A stretch of DNA of 29,901 nt from Promethearchaeia archaeon (GCA_046497275.1 JAWOFX010000048.1:1-29901); one strand, 5' to 3'; counted from the stretch's first letter, positions 1 through 9,713 are shown. The notes: a model not told the origin generated them from the letters alone. Program-made: numbers and translations.

Positions 1-1251
1 ATCCCAAATCGATTGTCAATCCAACCTATGGAGGGATTTGATTCAAAGCGAAATGGAAGTCCCAGTTGTTTAACCTTTAGACGGTATAAACGATACGCTC
101 ATGGAGGAGCAGGGATTATTTGGTGTGAAGCAACATCTATATTAGAAGAGTATAAATCAAATCCTCATCAATTAGCTCTTACAGAAAATAATGTTGCGGA
201 ATTTAGAAAATTTGTTGAATTCATCAAATCTGAAAGCAAAAAAACGTTAGAGAATCTGGGGTTTCATCAACCATCATTAATGATTTTACAATTAAATCAT
301 TCTGGAAGATATTGCAAAAAAGGAGATCAAAAATACCCAATTAGGGCATACCATAATATGAGTCTTGATGTTGCGATTAATGTTTCTAAAATTGATGGAA
401 AAATCATTAGTGACGAAGAATTAAATCAAGTCGAAGATATTTGGGTGAGTAAAGCATTATTGGCAAGAGAAGCGGGATTTGATGGAGTTGATATAAAGGC
501 ATGTCATGGGTATCTTATAAGTGAACTTCTAGGTGCTCGAACAAGAAAGGATTCTATTTATGGGGGAAATGATTTGATGAATAGATCTCGACTTTTATTA
601 AACATAATTAAAAAATTAAGAAAGAAAATCCCTAAAGATGACCCATTTCTGATATCTTCTCGATTGGGAGTTTATGACGGTGTTCCATACCCATTAGGTT
701 TTGGAATTGCTCAAACTAAGGGAGAAATATTTCCTGCCTCTATTGATCTTACTGAACCTATGAAAGTAATCAAAAAATTATATGAGCTGGGAGTAAGATT
801 AATTAATATATCTGCGGGAAACCCACACTATAAGCCTCATATTACTAGACCATTTGATATACCTGTCAAAGGAAGAGAAAAACCAGCGGAACATCCACTT
901 TGTGGGGTTTATCGTTTGATAAAAATGACTGAAAAAATACGAAATATTATCCCTCCAGAGATGAAGATTATAGGATCAGGGTATTCTTATCTGAGAGAAT
1001 TTGCTCCCTATGTATGTGCTGGTTTGATTAGAGATAATAAAGTCGATATATGTGGATTTGGCAGAATGGCGTTCGCGAATCCTAATTTTCCAAAACAGAT
1101 TTTTGAAATGGGAACAATTTCTAAGAAGAGTGTATGTATCGCATGTTCGCAATGTTCTCAGCTTATGAAAAATGGGGTAAGTACAGGCTGTGTTATTCGA
1201 GATTCTGCTTACGAATTAAAAAATAAACCTAAAAGAAGAAGGATCATTTGA
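1..1251 (+). CDS. NADH:flavin oxidoreductase (old yellow enzyme family) with C-terminal Cys cluster; 5'-truncated by the window edge
   Basis: The frame is open from base 1 (IPNRLSIQPMEG, a typical OYE N-terminus). OYE motifs: GGAGIIWCEA, LQLNHSGR, GFDGVDIKACHGYLISELLG, GFGRMAFANP. The C-terminal CIACSQCS-x10-C resembles the Fe-S motif of 2,4-dienoyl-CoA-reductase-type OYEs. Confidence 0.9.
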   Translation: MPNRLSIQPMEGFDSKRNGSPSCLTFRRYKRYAHGGAGIIWCEATSILEEYKSNPHQLALTENNVAEFRKFVEFIKSESKKTLENLGFHQPSLMILQLNHSGRYCKKGDQKYPIRAYHNMSLDVAINVSKIDGKIISDEELNQVEDIWVSKALLAREAGFDGVDIKACHGYLISELLGARTRKDSIYGGNDLMNRSRLLLNIIKKLRKKIPKDDPFLISSRLGVYDGVPYPLGFGIAQTKGEIFPASIDLTEPMKVIKKLYELGVRLINISAGNPHYKPHITRPFDIPVKGREKPAEHPLCGVYRLIKMTEKIRNIIPPEMKIIGSGYSYLREFAPYVCAGLIRDNKVDICGFGRMAFANPNFPKQIFEMGTISKKSVCIACSQCSQLMKNGVSTGCVIRDSAYELKNKPKRRRII

Positions 1252-3265
1252 AAATCTTTTCTTCTTTAAATTCTTTTAAGGTATTTTCGAACCATCCAAA
1301 ATCGGTAGGAATAGGTCTCACCTTTTCCCATACAATTTTTAGCTCTCCATCTAAATATTGTATGGTTTGGATTTTCTTCTTTAAAGTTTTCTTACTGGTG
1401 AGAAATTGAAATTCTTTTAAATTATCGTGTGGAAGAATTATTTTTTCCCCATAGCATTTTTCAAGATTATCTCGTAAGATCAAGAAGGATCCTCTGCTCC
1501 TTCCATATTTATTATGGTAATTTAAGAACGCATTCAAAAAGAGTAGTTGCGTCTTAAGCAAATCTTTCATCCTTAAATAGGATAAAATTTCTCGATTTTT
1601 TTCAATTCCAATATTTAAAGATACATTTTGAATTTGATCTTCAATGTTTTCTATTTCATCAGCGAGTCCCTTTAGTGGTCTTCTAATCGAGCCATATTTA
1701 GCCATTCTTATCTTAATTTGCTTTATGATTTGCTTGGGTGTAGTTTTTTCAGCATTCTTGTTTGCTAAAACCGACTTAAATTCATCAATTCGAGATTGTA
1801 GATATTTTTCAATAAGTTTAATAATTTTATTAGAATCGGTCATGTTCATTTTATTATCGGTATGAGCTATCTTTTGAGCGGTTCTAAGACCACCAACTTG
1901 CCCAGAATTTAGAGCTGATCCTCCAGGACGATGAATTCCGTGACTGCCATTCACCTCTCCTATTGCGAATATTCCTTCTATATTTGTTTCCCACCAAATA
2001 TCTCCTTTAACTCCACCATTAAGATGCTGATTACATAGTGCAATTTCTAGAGGTTCTTTCCGTAAATCAATATTATGTTCCTTATATAAATTGATAGCAG
2101 CAGGATTCAATTTTTCCAGGCGTTCGATTGGGGTATTAGCGAGTGCATTTGATTTTTCTAAATAGGTTTTTGCCTTTTGATTCATTTGCGTCTTATCAAA
2201 ACTTTTTGGATTTTTTCTATAATCTAAAAAAACTTGATTTTTCAATATTTCGATTTCATAAAAAACTGCAAGATCGATAAGAGAGGAGCCATATTCTTCG
2301 ATACGGTCTGAATTAAATGGCCATTGATAACCTTTCAAAAAAATAGCTCTAGATAAGTGGTTAAAAGAAGGAAAGTACTCCTCTAAAAATTCCCTCTCTT
2401 CCTTTTTATCATCAAGGGAAAAGTATCTTGGAATAACTTGTTGATATGAACCCGATAGATTCCATCTGAATTTAGTAGAGGCTAAGCCAAATTGCGATTC
2501 TGTTAAGTTCAGAAGTATACATCCAGCATCTATAGCAAGACTCATGCTTCCCCATTGAGAAAGTGGATATACAGAATATTTATACAGAGCAGCTGGACCA
2601 CCGGTAGCGAGAATTATATTATTTGCTAAAACAATTTTCATTGAATTTATTAAGTTAGACAAGTTTTTATCATCAGATAGTTCCTCGAGCTTGATAGTGA
2701 TTACTCCTATTGCCCAATTTTTATTTGCTTCATTATTTATCATTAAATCAATTGCATAATTATTGTCGAGAACTTTTATTCCAGTTTCTCCAATCGCACC
2801 TAGTAAACATTCACACATAGTTTGAGAAGTCAAAGGGCCAATAGAAGTTGCTCTTTGTCTAGGATCATTATCCGTTTTATATCCTACATATGCACCATAT
2901 CTATCATGAGGAAATGGTACTCCTAGATGAATTAAATGAAAGAACTCCCGCAAAGAATTATTTGCTTCTAATAAAGCAATATCTCCATGCATCGCCCCTC
3001 CAGCAATATAATCTTGAGCCATTTTATAAGGACTATCTTTCTTATCTCCTATAATTGACATTTTATAATAGGTTTGTTTATCTGAGCCTGTATTGAATGA
3101 GGTTCCAGCCCCTAATTTTTCTGTTATTATTGCAATTTCATTTGCAGGGATACCCTCTTCATAAAGATGAAGCGCGCAATTTAATCCCGCGGCTCCTGAC
3201 CCAATTATTACACTATGATAAGATTCTATTTCTAACAAATGATTATTTATTTTAAAACTTGACAT
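1244..3265 (-). CDS. FAD-binding protein of the SdhA/FrdA/NadB-like flavoprotein superfamily, function unknown
   Basis: Rossmann motif VIIGSGAAG, plus ILATGG, QHLNGG and GIFAIGEVNGSHGIHRPGGSAL (FAD_binding_2-like). No covalent-FAD His in the expected segment (GAGTSFNTGS). Overlaps the convergent OYE gene by 8 bp. Confidence 0.85.
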   Translation of the reverse strand: MSSFKINNHLLEIESYHSVIIGSGAAGLNCALHLYEEGIPANEIAIITEKLGAGTSFNTGSDKQTYYKMSIIGDKKDSPYKMAQDYIAGGAMHGDIALLEANNSLREFFHLIHLGVPFPHDRYGAYVGYKTDNDPRQRATSIGPLTSQTMCECLLGAIGETGIKVLDNNYAIDLMINNEANKNWAIGVITIKLEELSDDKNLSNLINSMKIVLANNIILATGGPAALYKYSVYPLSQWGSMSLAIDAGCILLNLTESQFGLASTKFRWNLSGSYQQVIPRYFSLDDKKEEREFLEEYFPSFNHLSRAIFLKGYQWPFNSDRIEEYGSSLIDLAVFYEIEILKNQVFLDYRKNPKSFDKTQMNQKAKTYLEKSNALANTPIERLEKLNPAAINLYKEHNIDLRKEPLEIALCNQHLNGGVKGDIWWETNIEGIFAIGEVNGSHGIHRPGGSALNSGQVGGLRTAQKIAHTDNKMNMTDSNKIIKLIEKYLQSRIDEFKSVLANKNAEKTTPKQIIKQIKIRMAKYGSIRRPLKGLADEIENIEDQIQNVSLNIGIEKNREILSYLRMKDLLKTQLLFLNAFLNYHNKYGRSRGSFLILRDNLEKCYGEKIILPHDNLKEFQFLTSKKTLKKKIQTIQYLDGELKIVWEKVRPIPTDFGWFENTLKEFKEEKIFK

Positions 3266-3275
3266 TGAGATCCTC

Positions 3276-4067
3276 TCATAATCTTTTTAAATGAAAACCA
3301 CCATCGATATGGATAACATCTCCAGTTGAATATGGAAGATATCCCATAACTATACCCTCTACGGCTCTTGCGACCTCTTCTGGCAAACCCCATCTATTTA
3401 TCGGAGTGATACCTTCTTTGAACATTTTATTATACTTTTCCTCCACAGGCTTCGTCATTCTTGTTTTGATAATCCCAGGTTGAATTTCAAAAACGGGTAT
3501 TCCGAATTCTGCAAGGCGATCGGCATACAATTTAGTCATCATTGTCATACCTGCTTTAGAAACGCAATATTCCCCTCTATTAGGAGAAGAAGCAAAACTC
3601 GAAAGGGAAGAGATATTAATAATATAGGGAGAATAGTTATTAAGTTCATTTGTTAATATGATCATCCAATTTGCGATATCTTGAGTTAAGAAATAGGGCC
3701 CTTGTAAGTTAACTTTCATAACTCTTTCATAAGATTCCTCTGTAGCTTCTAATAAATCCTTTCTCTCAATGGGGGGTATTCCCGCATTATTTACAAGAAT
3801 ATCTATACGATTATAATTTTCTTTTATTATCTCTATTAATTTTGATCGTTGATCTTTAACGGAGATATCTGCTTGAACATAAATGTACATTTTATCTATA
3901 TTTCTGCCATAGATTTTTCTTAGTTTTTCTTTATAAGTATTTGAGAGTTCAGTAGTAGAGGCTCCATTTATAATAATGTGATGTCCGTTTTCTGCTAATT
4001 TTATAGCAATTGCTTTTCCGATACCACTAGTGCTTCCAGTCACTAAAGCAACTTTCTTGGTTTCCAT
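3276..4067 (-). CDS. Classical short-chain dehydrogenase/reductase (SDR)
   Basis: TGSTSGIG cofactor motif, LVNNAG, NISS and catalytic YxxxK (EYCVSKAG). It ends 10 bp upstream of the flavoprotein start, so the two are likely co-transcribed. Confidence 0.92.
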   Translation of the reverse strand: METKKVALVTGSTSGIGKAIAIKLAENGHHIIINGASTTELSNTYKEKLRKIYGRNIDKMYIYVQADISVKDQRSKLIEIIKENYNRIDILVNNAGIPPIERKDLLEATEESYERVMKVNLQGPYFLTQDIANWMIILTNELNNYSPYIINISSLSSFASSPNRGEYCVSKAGMTMMTKLYADRLAEFGIPVFEIQPGIIKTRMTKPVEEKYNKMFKEGITPINRWGLPEEVARAVEGIVMGYLPYSTGDVIHIDGGFHLKRL

Positions 4068-4246
4068 AATCTAATAATAAGAAAGAGAATTAGATAAATT
4101 TTTATAAAATTGGATATATATCCAAAGAGATTTGTTTGAGTTTGAGAAGAAAATATATTTTAAAAGCTTAATTGAACATTTTGACTCATAAGATTCCTTT
4201 ATTTAAGTTTTAAAAGCAATATTAGACTCGAGCTCATAATCATGAT

Positions 4247-5212
4247 TTAATAAATTCTCCCAATTGCAATAATATACATTGAATTAAATATAAAGAGCCC
4301 GAAAAATAAAATTATTGTTAGATATACCATAAATCTATATTTTTTTTTAGAAATATATTCTAAAATTATTAGAAATCCGAAAGAAAAGATCAAAAATGGT
4401 GCTGGTTGAAAGAATGTTAAATAACATGAAAAAACTTTAGAAACTATATCTGGAGAGGCAACACCAAAAGCTCCACCTATGAATTCAAAAAGATAATTTG
4501 GAAATAAAATATAGGGAATGAGAAATAAAAGAAATGGAGAAATGAATTTAGGCAGTTGTTTTAAATCTAATTTTTTTGTTAATAATAAGATTGGAATCAT
4601 ACCAATAACATAAATTTTAAAACATGCTAAACCAAAAAAAAATCCAGCGATCCAAATTCTATTCTTAAAATTAGAATTGTCTAAATATTTATATGATAAA
4701 TATAAGAAAAAAAGTATGAGAAAATTTGAATTTCCTAAAATTGTATCAAAAATGTATCCAAAAATGAACGGAATTAGAAAAACAAAAAAATTATTACGAT
4801 CTCTTGAAATAGTGTAAATATTTTTCACGATAAAGATCGAAAGTCCCGTTCTTAAAATCTCCCAAAAATAAATTGAAATATAAGGTGGTATTATACCAAA
4901 AGGAAAAAATATGAAATACCAATAATATAAATAAAGAGGCATTCTAGATTTACTTGCTGTATTATAATAGTTAAATAACCCTTCTTGTTGAGCTTCACTT
5001 AAAATGTAGAAATCTTCACTAGTATAATATTCTAAAAATGTAGGAAAATCAAAAATAATATACAAATTTCTAAAAATAATTACCGAGATGGTAATTAAAA
5101 GAATAATGATAATGACTAAATTAATATATTTGGAATCTATTCTTTTTTGAGAAATGTCTTTCGTTTTGGTATCTTTTTCAGGTATTAATTTATAAAAGTT
5201 GACTATGTGCAT
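4247..5212 (-). CDS. Polytopic membrane protein, glycosyltransferase family 87 (DUF2029)-like
   Basis: Multiple TM helices with the GT-C pattern: DFYI, a YxYxxxF..P loop, GNSNFLILFFL and GLACFKIY. Confidence 0.7.
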   Translation of the reverse strand: MHIVNFYKLIPEKDTKTKDISQKRIDSKYINLVIIIILLITISVIIFRNLYIIFDFPTFLEYYTSEDFYILSEAQQEGLFNYYNTASKSRMPLYLYYWYFIFFPFGIIPPYISIYFWEILRTGLSIFIVKNIYTISRDRNNFFVFLIPFIFGYIFDTILGNSNFLILFFLYLSYKYLDNSNFKNRIWIAGFFFGLACFKIYVIGMIPILLLTKKLDLKQLPKFISPFLLFLIPYILFPNYLFEFIGGAFGVASPDIVSKVFSCYLTFFQPAPFLIFSFGFLIILEYISKKKYRFMVYLTIILFFGLFIFNSMYIIAIGRIY

Positions 5213-5373
5213 TCTTTTTAGGATAAAGTGAATGAATAGAAAATAAATCTAAATATTAACTATGGTTTAATAATTTTTCTTGTTCTATAATTATTTGATT
5301 AAATTTTCTTGAATGTTATATAATGAAGTATAAGAAAGAGGTTTTAAAAAATATTGAATCTAACCTTTTTTAA

Positions 5374-6168
5374 CTAAAATTCAATCAATTTTGCAGTATC
5401 ATATAAATAAGCGAAATAATAATTAGCTGCTGGACCAAATGCTATATGATCTGTGACCACACCAAAATAAGAGAGTTTTTCGAAAAATTTTTGTGATAAT
5501 ATAATAAAAGCATCTTCTCCTTCATCAATAATGATTGATGTTCCAAATAATTGATCACGATATTTAATCTCAGCAATCTCTTCATATTTTTTTAATAAAT
5601 TTATAAATTTTTTCTCTTCAAGCGCTTCCTCTTCAATAAGAAGTTTAATATTAGTAACTCCTCTTGCCCTTGCTTTTTTAAAATCCTCATAAAAAATATC
5701 AAGGAATTCAAAATCGGTCGAGACTAAAAATATTGCTGTTTTCGCAAGATTGATTAATGAAAGCGCTCTGTTTAAACATACGTCTCTTCCTCTATGAATA
5801 TAGAGAGCAATTTTGATGGGAGTATCATGGCTTTGATATATGGGGTTGAGTTGATGGATGATCAAATTAGAATGTTCATTAAACATATCATTATATTGTT
5901 TTTTTGCGATTACTAATGCTTCATCTGGAGATTTCGCAAAATATCGAGATGGTCTAGATTCCTCTTCCTTTATGATCCACTTTTTCTCCTTTTCAAGATT
6001 CGTCAGGATATTATAGATTCGAGAGTATGGAACACCTGAGGCGTCAGATAATTCACGCGCATCCATCGGTCCTTTCGAGATCAAAGTTAAGTAAATCGAT
6101 ATTTCATAATCAGTTAAACCTATTTCATGTAAACTTTCCTTCACATTGTCGGGGATTTCATTTGACAT
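5374..6168 (-). CDS. trmB: TrmB-family transcriptional regulator
   Basis: N-terminal LHEIGLTDYEISIYLTL...ARELSDASGVPYSRIYNILTNLEK wHTH, followed by SRPSRYFAKSP and a C-terminal effector-binding domain. Confidence 0.9.
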   Translation of the reverse strand: MSNEIPDNVKESLHEIGLTDYEISIYLTLISKGPMDARELSDASGVPYSRIYNILTNLEKEKKWIIKEEESRPSRYFAKSPDEALVIAKKQYNDMFNEHSNLIIHQLNPIYQSHDTPIKIALYIHRGRDVCLNRALSLINLAKTAIFLVSTDFEFLDIFYEDFKKARARGVTNIKLLIEEEALEEKKFINLLKKYEEIAEIKYRDQLFGTSIIIDEGEDAFIILSQKFFEKLSYFGVVTDHIAFGPAANYYFAYLYDTAKLIEF

Positions 6169-6177
6169 TGTTCATCT

Positions 6178-6183
6178 ACCTCC
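6178..6183 (-). promoter_or_regulatory. Shine-Dalgarno sequence of trmB
   Basis: GGAGGT on the minus strand, 9 nt upstream of the ATG at 6168. Confidence 0.7.
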
Positions 6184-6605
6184 ATATTTTTAGATTTAAA
6201 ATCGCAATATATTTGCTAATGTGATATGTAAATAGTTGATTAGTAAAATCAATAATACATTTAATATTTTGATTACTATTAATTTTATGATTTGGAAAAT
6301 GAAAAAATTTATGCGACGATTATCAAAAGTTTTTTTAGTTTATTGTAATCTTTTATTTTTGACATATATTGTGTTGATTCACTATTTAAACTTTTAGAAT
6401 TGATTGGTTTTGGATTAAACTAAATTTTTATTAAATATCTATGAAATTTTTAATAATATTAAATTATGGTAAAACATATCTTCTCTGAGACGTATGAAAT
6501 AATTCTAACGATTTCTGAATTAACTGTTTCTTTTGGTCTATATTTGAGGCTCAAATTATAATCAAGTCTAATTTTTAGGCTTTCGCATATATCTCGAAAA
6601 GCATT

Positions 6606-7015
6606 TTATTGGATAAAAACATTATAAGACATTTTTACTACAATATATACTACGAGTGGTATAGAGGAGAGCGTCAAGATTAAATTCAGTATAAGAAGAA
6701 ATAGATCATAAATCATAACATAAAAAACTATGAAACTAATATAAAATGATATTTCTGCAATTATAATATCCATTAGTGAATTCTCCTTAGTTTCTGACCA
6801 ATCCTTTAAATATTTCTTGTAAATGTATTTATTTATAACAGTATGCTTAAGAATTTCCCATCCGATAAATACAAAAACACTAAATGGTGATAAATACCCA
6901 TGTTATAAGAAAATTTAAATTTGAAAAAAATACTAAACACATAACTTACAATAAATCCAGCCATCATATGACCTAATGAAAATATATCAACAGATTTATG
7001 AAAATTTATTCCCAA
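6606..7015 (-). pseudogene. Frameshifted small membrane protein (DUF2585-like); pseudogene or sequencing error
   Basis: The N-terminal frame (TTG at 7015, GGGAG SD upstream) encodes SVDIFSLGH..G. A second frame from about 6899 to the stop at 6608-6606 encodes GWEILKH...WSETKENSLMDIII and further TM helices. Joining them gives the D.FS..H...WE...E...NS..D pattern and needs a -1 shift between 6902 and 6861. Confidence 0.6.
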
Positions 7016-7129
7016 TCTACAACTCCCGTTCTTAATTTGATAAAAATTTTTTATTTTATAAAAAATAGCAAATTAGAAAAGTAATTTAACCAAAATGATA
7101 GAATGAGAAAATAAAAGAGAAACTTACTC

Positions 7130-8752
7130 TTAATAATATTTTTGTATAAATTCTTTTCTATATATTTCAGGATTCTCTGCATTTTTAAGTACAAATTTTT
7201 CAAATTTATTATAAATTTGAAGCATATCATCATATAAAGATGCATTTGTAAGATCTGGATTAATTTTTTCTTGTTTTTGATTTTCCATAAAGGAATCTAT
7301 TAAAGTCTCCCATTTCATATTGGGATTTTGTCTAATATAATAAGAATAAGATGCCCTTAAGGCAGCTCCTAATGCAGCAGAATCCGTTATTTCATATTTA
7401 ATTATGGGTGTTTTGAAAATATCTGCAGCAATTTGCAGAATATCTTTATTTACGGAGGCACCCCCCGTGGCATAAATTCTTTTAGGTTCATCTTCGATCC
7501 AATCAGAATGAAGTCGCATTGAAAGGAATTGGCCTTCTATAATAGCTCGAATATTTGCTTCCATATCAGTTTCATCAAATCCAAATCTATAAACTTTCGG
7601 TTCTAAAACGATTGGTACGATTTCTGGAAAAAAATAAGGAAGCATAATTCTTCCATAATTTCCAGGAGGGGTTTTATTTAAGATGTTTGAAAATTCCCTC
7701 CAAGTTAAGTTATAATTGTCCTTAATCTTTTCTCTTGCTAAAGAACCATTTTTAAAACAAATTAAACTCATATAATCTCCAGAGGGTGCTCCAAATATAT
7801 GTCCTTCTCCTTTCAAATCAAACTGAAGCTTTTTTAAATATCCGAAATAGGTGTCGCTAGTGCCTAAACTAAAGGCAAATCTGCCTTTTTTAATTAAACC
7901 TGTACCAATTAAACTATTGGGATTATCACCTGACCATGCAATAATTTTTGTCTCTGGAGAAAACTTATATTTTTTGATAAAATATTGAGAAATGTTTCCA
8001 ATGATTTTATATGATTCTGTAAGAGGGGGTAATTTCTCCTTTAAATTAGGAGCTGTCGCATTTAAAGCGTTTTCATCCCATATTTTTTGCTTGATGTTCA
8101 TTAAATTCATCCCAGCTCCATCCCCATAGTCTATAGGAGCTTTTTTACCTGTTAGAATAGATGCAAGAAAAGAACTAATAAGATGAATTATTTTAGTATT
8201 CTCATATTTTTGTGGATATTGTTGGTAGAATTTCCTTATTTGCGGTCCAGAAAATCGTTCAAACGTATCTGAACCTGTCAAAATTATAACTTTTTTTTTT
8301 CCTCCAAGCTTTTCTCGAATTTCCTTACATTGTTTCGTGGTGCTTGAATCCATCCAAATCGGGCTCGTTTCTCGAGTAAATGAATTCTTCAATTGGTCGA
8401 CTAAAGACGCATTAGGACCCAAATTTTTAATTTTTTCTTCAAACTTATCATTTAAATATACTGTTCCATGTTGTTGTGCTGACCCAGAAATTGCTTTAAT
8501 GCATTTAATGTTTATCTCACTAAAGAGTAATTTTTGAAAAAAAAGTTCTAATGCTTCAATCCACATTAATGGATTTGAGTGAACTTGCGGACTGTTTTCA
8601 TCAACTATTATACCATTTTTAAATCTATAAAGACTTAGATCATGGCCATAATTTATATGTTCTCTGTAAATCACTTGCTTTAATCTATAGTCAATGATAA
8701 TTCCAGTTAAACTTTGCGTGGAAAAATCAAGTCCAAGAAATAATTCCGACAT
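7130..8752 (-). CDS. xylB: Xylulokinase (FGGY family, eukaryotic XYLB/XKS1-like subfamily)
   Basis: LGLDFSTQS, SGSAQQHGTVY, IWMDSST, ERFSGPQIRK, GDNPNSL, SLGTSDT, CFKNGSLARE, IYATGGASVN. Confidence 0.85.
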   Translation of the reverse strand: MSELFLGLDFSTQSLTGIIIDYRLKQVIYREHINYGHDLSLYRFKNGIIVDENSPQVHSNPLMWIEALELFFQKLLFSEINIKCIKAISGSAQQHGTVYLNDKFEEKIKNLGPNASLVDQLKNSFTRETSPIWMDSSTTKQCKEIREKLGGKKKVIILTGSDTFERFSGPQIRKFYQQYPQKYENTKIIHLISSFLASILTGKKAPIDYGDGAGMNLMNIKQKIWDENALNATAPNLKEKLPPLTESYKIIGNISQYFIKKYKFSPETKIIAWSGDNPNSLIGTGLIKKGRFAFSLGTSDTYFGYLKKLQFDLKGEGHIFGAPSGDYMSLICFKNGSLAREKIKDNYNLTWREFSNILNKTPPGNYGRIMLPYFFPEIVPIVLEPKVYRFGFDETDMEANIRAIIEGQFLSMRLHSDWIEDEPKRIYATGGASVNKDILQIAADIFKTPIIKYEITDSAALGAALRASYSYYIRQNPNMKWETLIDSFMENQKQEKINPDLTNASLYDDMLQIYNKFEKFVLKNAENPEIYRKEFIQKYY

Positions 8753-9139
8753 ATTAATGGTTTAATTTTTGGATTAGTGACTTTTTTTATTTAATTATTT
8801 ATTTAAATTATTTTTTCCAATTAGGCTAAATAGTGTCTATTAATAATAAAGAATATGATTTAAAATTTTAAAATAAATCTAATGAAAGTTCCAAAGAGAA
8901 TAACTTATGATCTAAAAGTCCTTTCTCTTATAGATGATTTATTTGAGAAGATGTAACAATTTATAAATATGTTTTTGTTTCTTAGAAAAAAATATCATTT
9001 TTGTATAATGATTTCTCCAAAATTGAGATGAAAATGATAAATTTTAATTAATTTATAGAATTTTTTAATAATCATAATATATAATTTATTAAATTAAATT
9101 ATTAGATTAAAAACTGATAATAAACTAGAGGTTTGCAAA

Positions 9140-9559
9140 CTGGACGTAATAGATGTTAAGATTTTAGAAGAGCTTAAAAAAGATGGACGTAAATCTTATA
9201 ATGAAATTTCGGAGAATGTTGGTAAAACAGAAGCTACTGTAAGACGAAGAGTAAAAAAGATGCTAAAAAAAGGGATCATTAAGAAATTTACAATTGATTA
9301 CGAGATTAATTCTAAACCAAAAACAAAAGCCACTGTTAAAATTGAGCCTGATTTTAAGGAAATCAAAACAATCTTAAAGGGATTAAAAGATATAGAAGAG
9401 ATTACCGATATATGGCGTCTAAGCGGAGATTGTGGATTATTTATAAAAGTGGAAATCCCTTCAATTGAAGATTTTAATCCATTAATAGAAGAAAAAATAT
9501 CCCGTATCAATGGAATAAAGATAATAGAGACTTGTTTTATCACAGATATAATTAAATAA
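9140..9559 (+). CDS. Lrp/AsnC-family transcriptional regulator; true start lies upstream of the tracked ATG (probably CTG at 9140)
   Basis: The frame of the tracked 9260 ORF is open upstream and encodes LDVIDVKILEELKKDGRKSYNEISENVGKTEATVRRRVKKM, a complete Lrp HTH. The C-terminal RAM domain follows (WRLSGDCGLFIKV). GAGGT lies at 9128-9132. Confidence 0.85.
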   Translation: MDVIDVKILEELKKDGRKSYNEISENVGKTEATVRRRVKKMLKKGIIKKFTIDYEINSKPKTKATVKIEPDFKEIKTILKGLKDIEEITDIWRLSGDCGLFIKVEIPSIEDFNPLIEEKISRINGIKIIETCFITDIIK

Positions 9560-9713
9560 TTCTTTTTCTAAAATCTTCCATTTTTTTATATTATAAAAGA
9601 AATCTAAAAGATCTTAATAATTAAAAGAGTTAAATTTAGATTGGGAAAAATCCTTGAATTCATGTAATTTATATCATTAATTAACTCTAAATATTTTCAT
9701 AATTACATTCAAG

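Noticed and set aside
1244-1251. Both convergent genes end in TGA, raising possible selenocysteine readthrough
   Set aside because: In-frame stops follow within a few codons on both strands, the proteins are already complete, and no SECIS-like hairpin was seen.
3276-4067. Labelling the SDR as fabG (fatty-acid synthesis)
   Set aside because: No ACP or other fab genes are nearby; the motifs support only a generic classical SDR.
6287-6397. 36-codon plus-strand ORF (MIWKMKKFMRRLSKVFLVYC...) in the trmB upstream region
   Set aside because: It has no SD and no recognisable motif, and such ORFs are expected by chance in AT-rich DNA.
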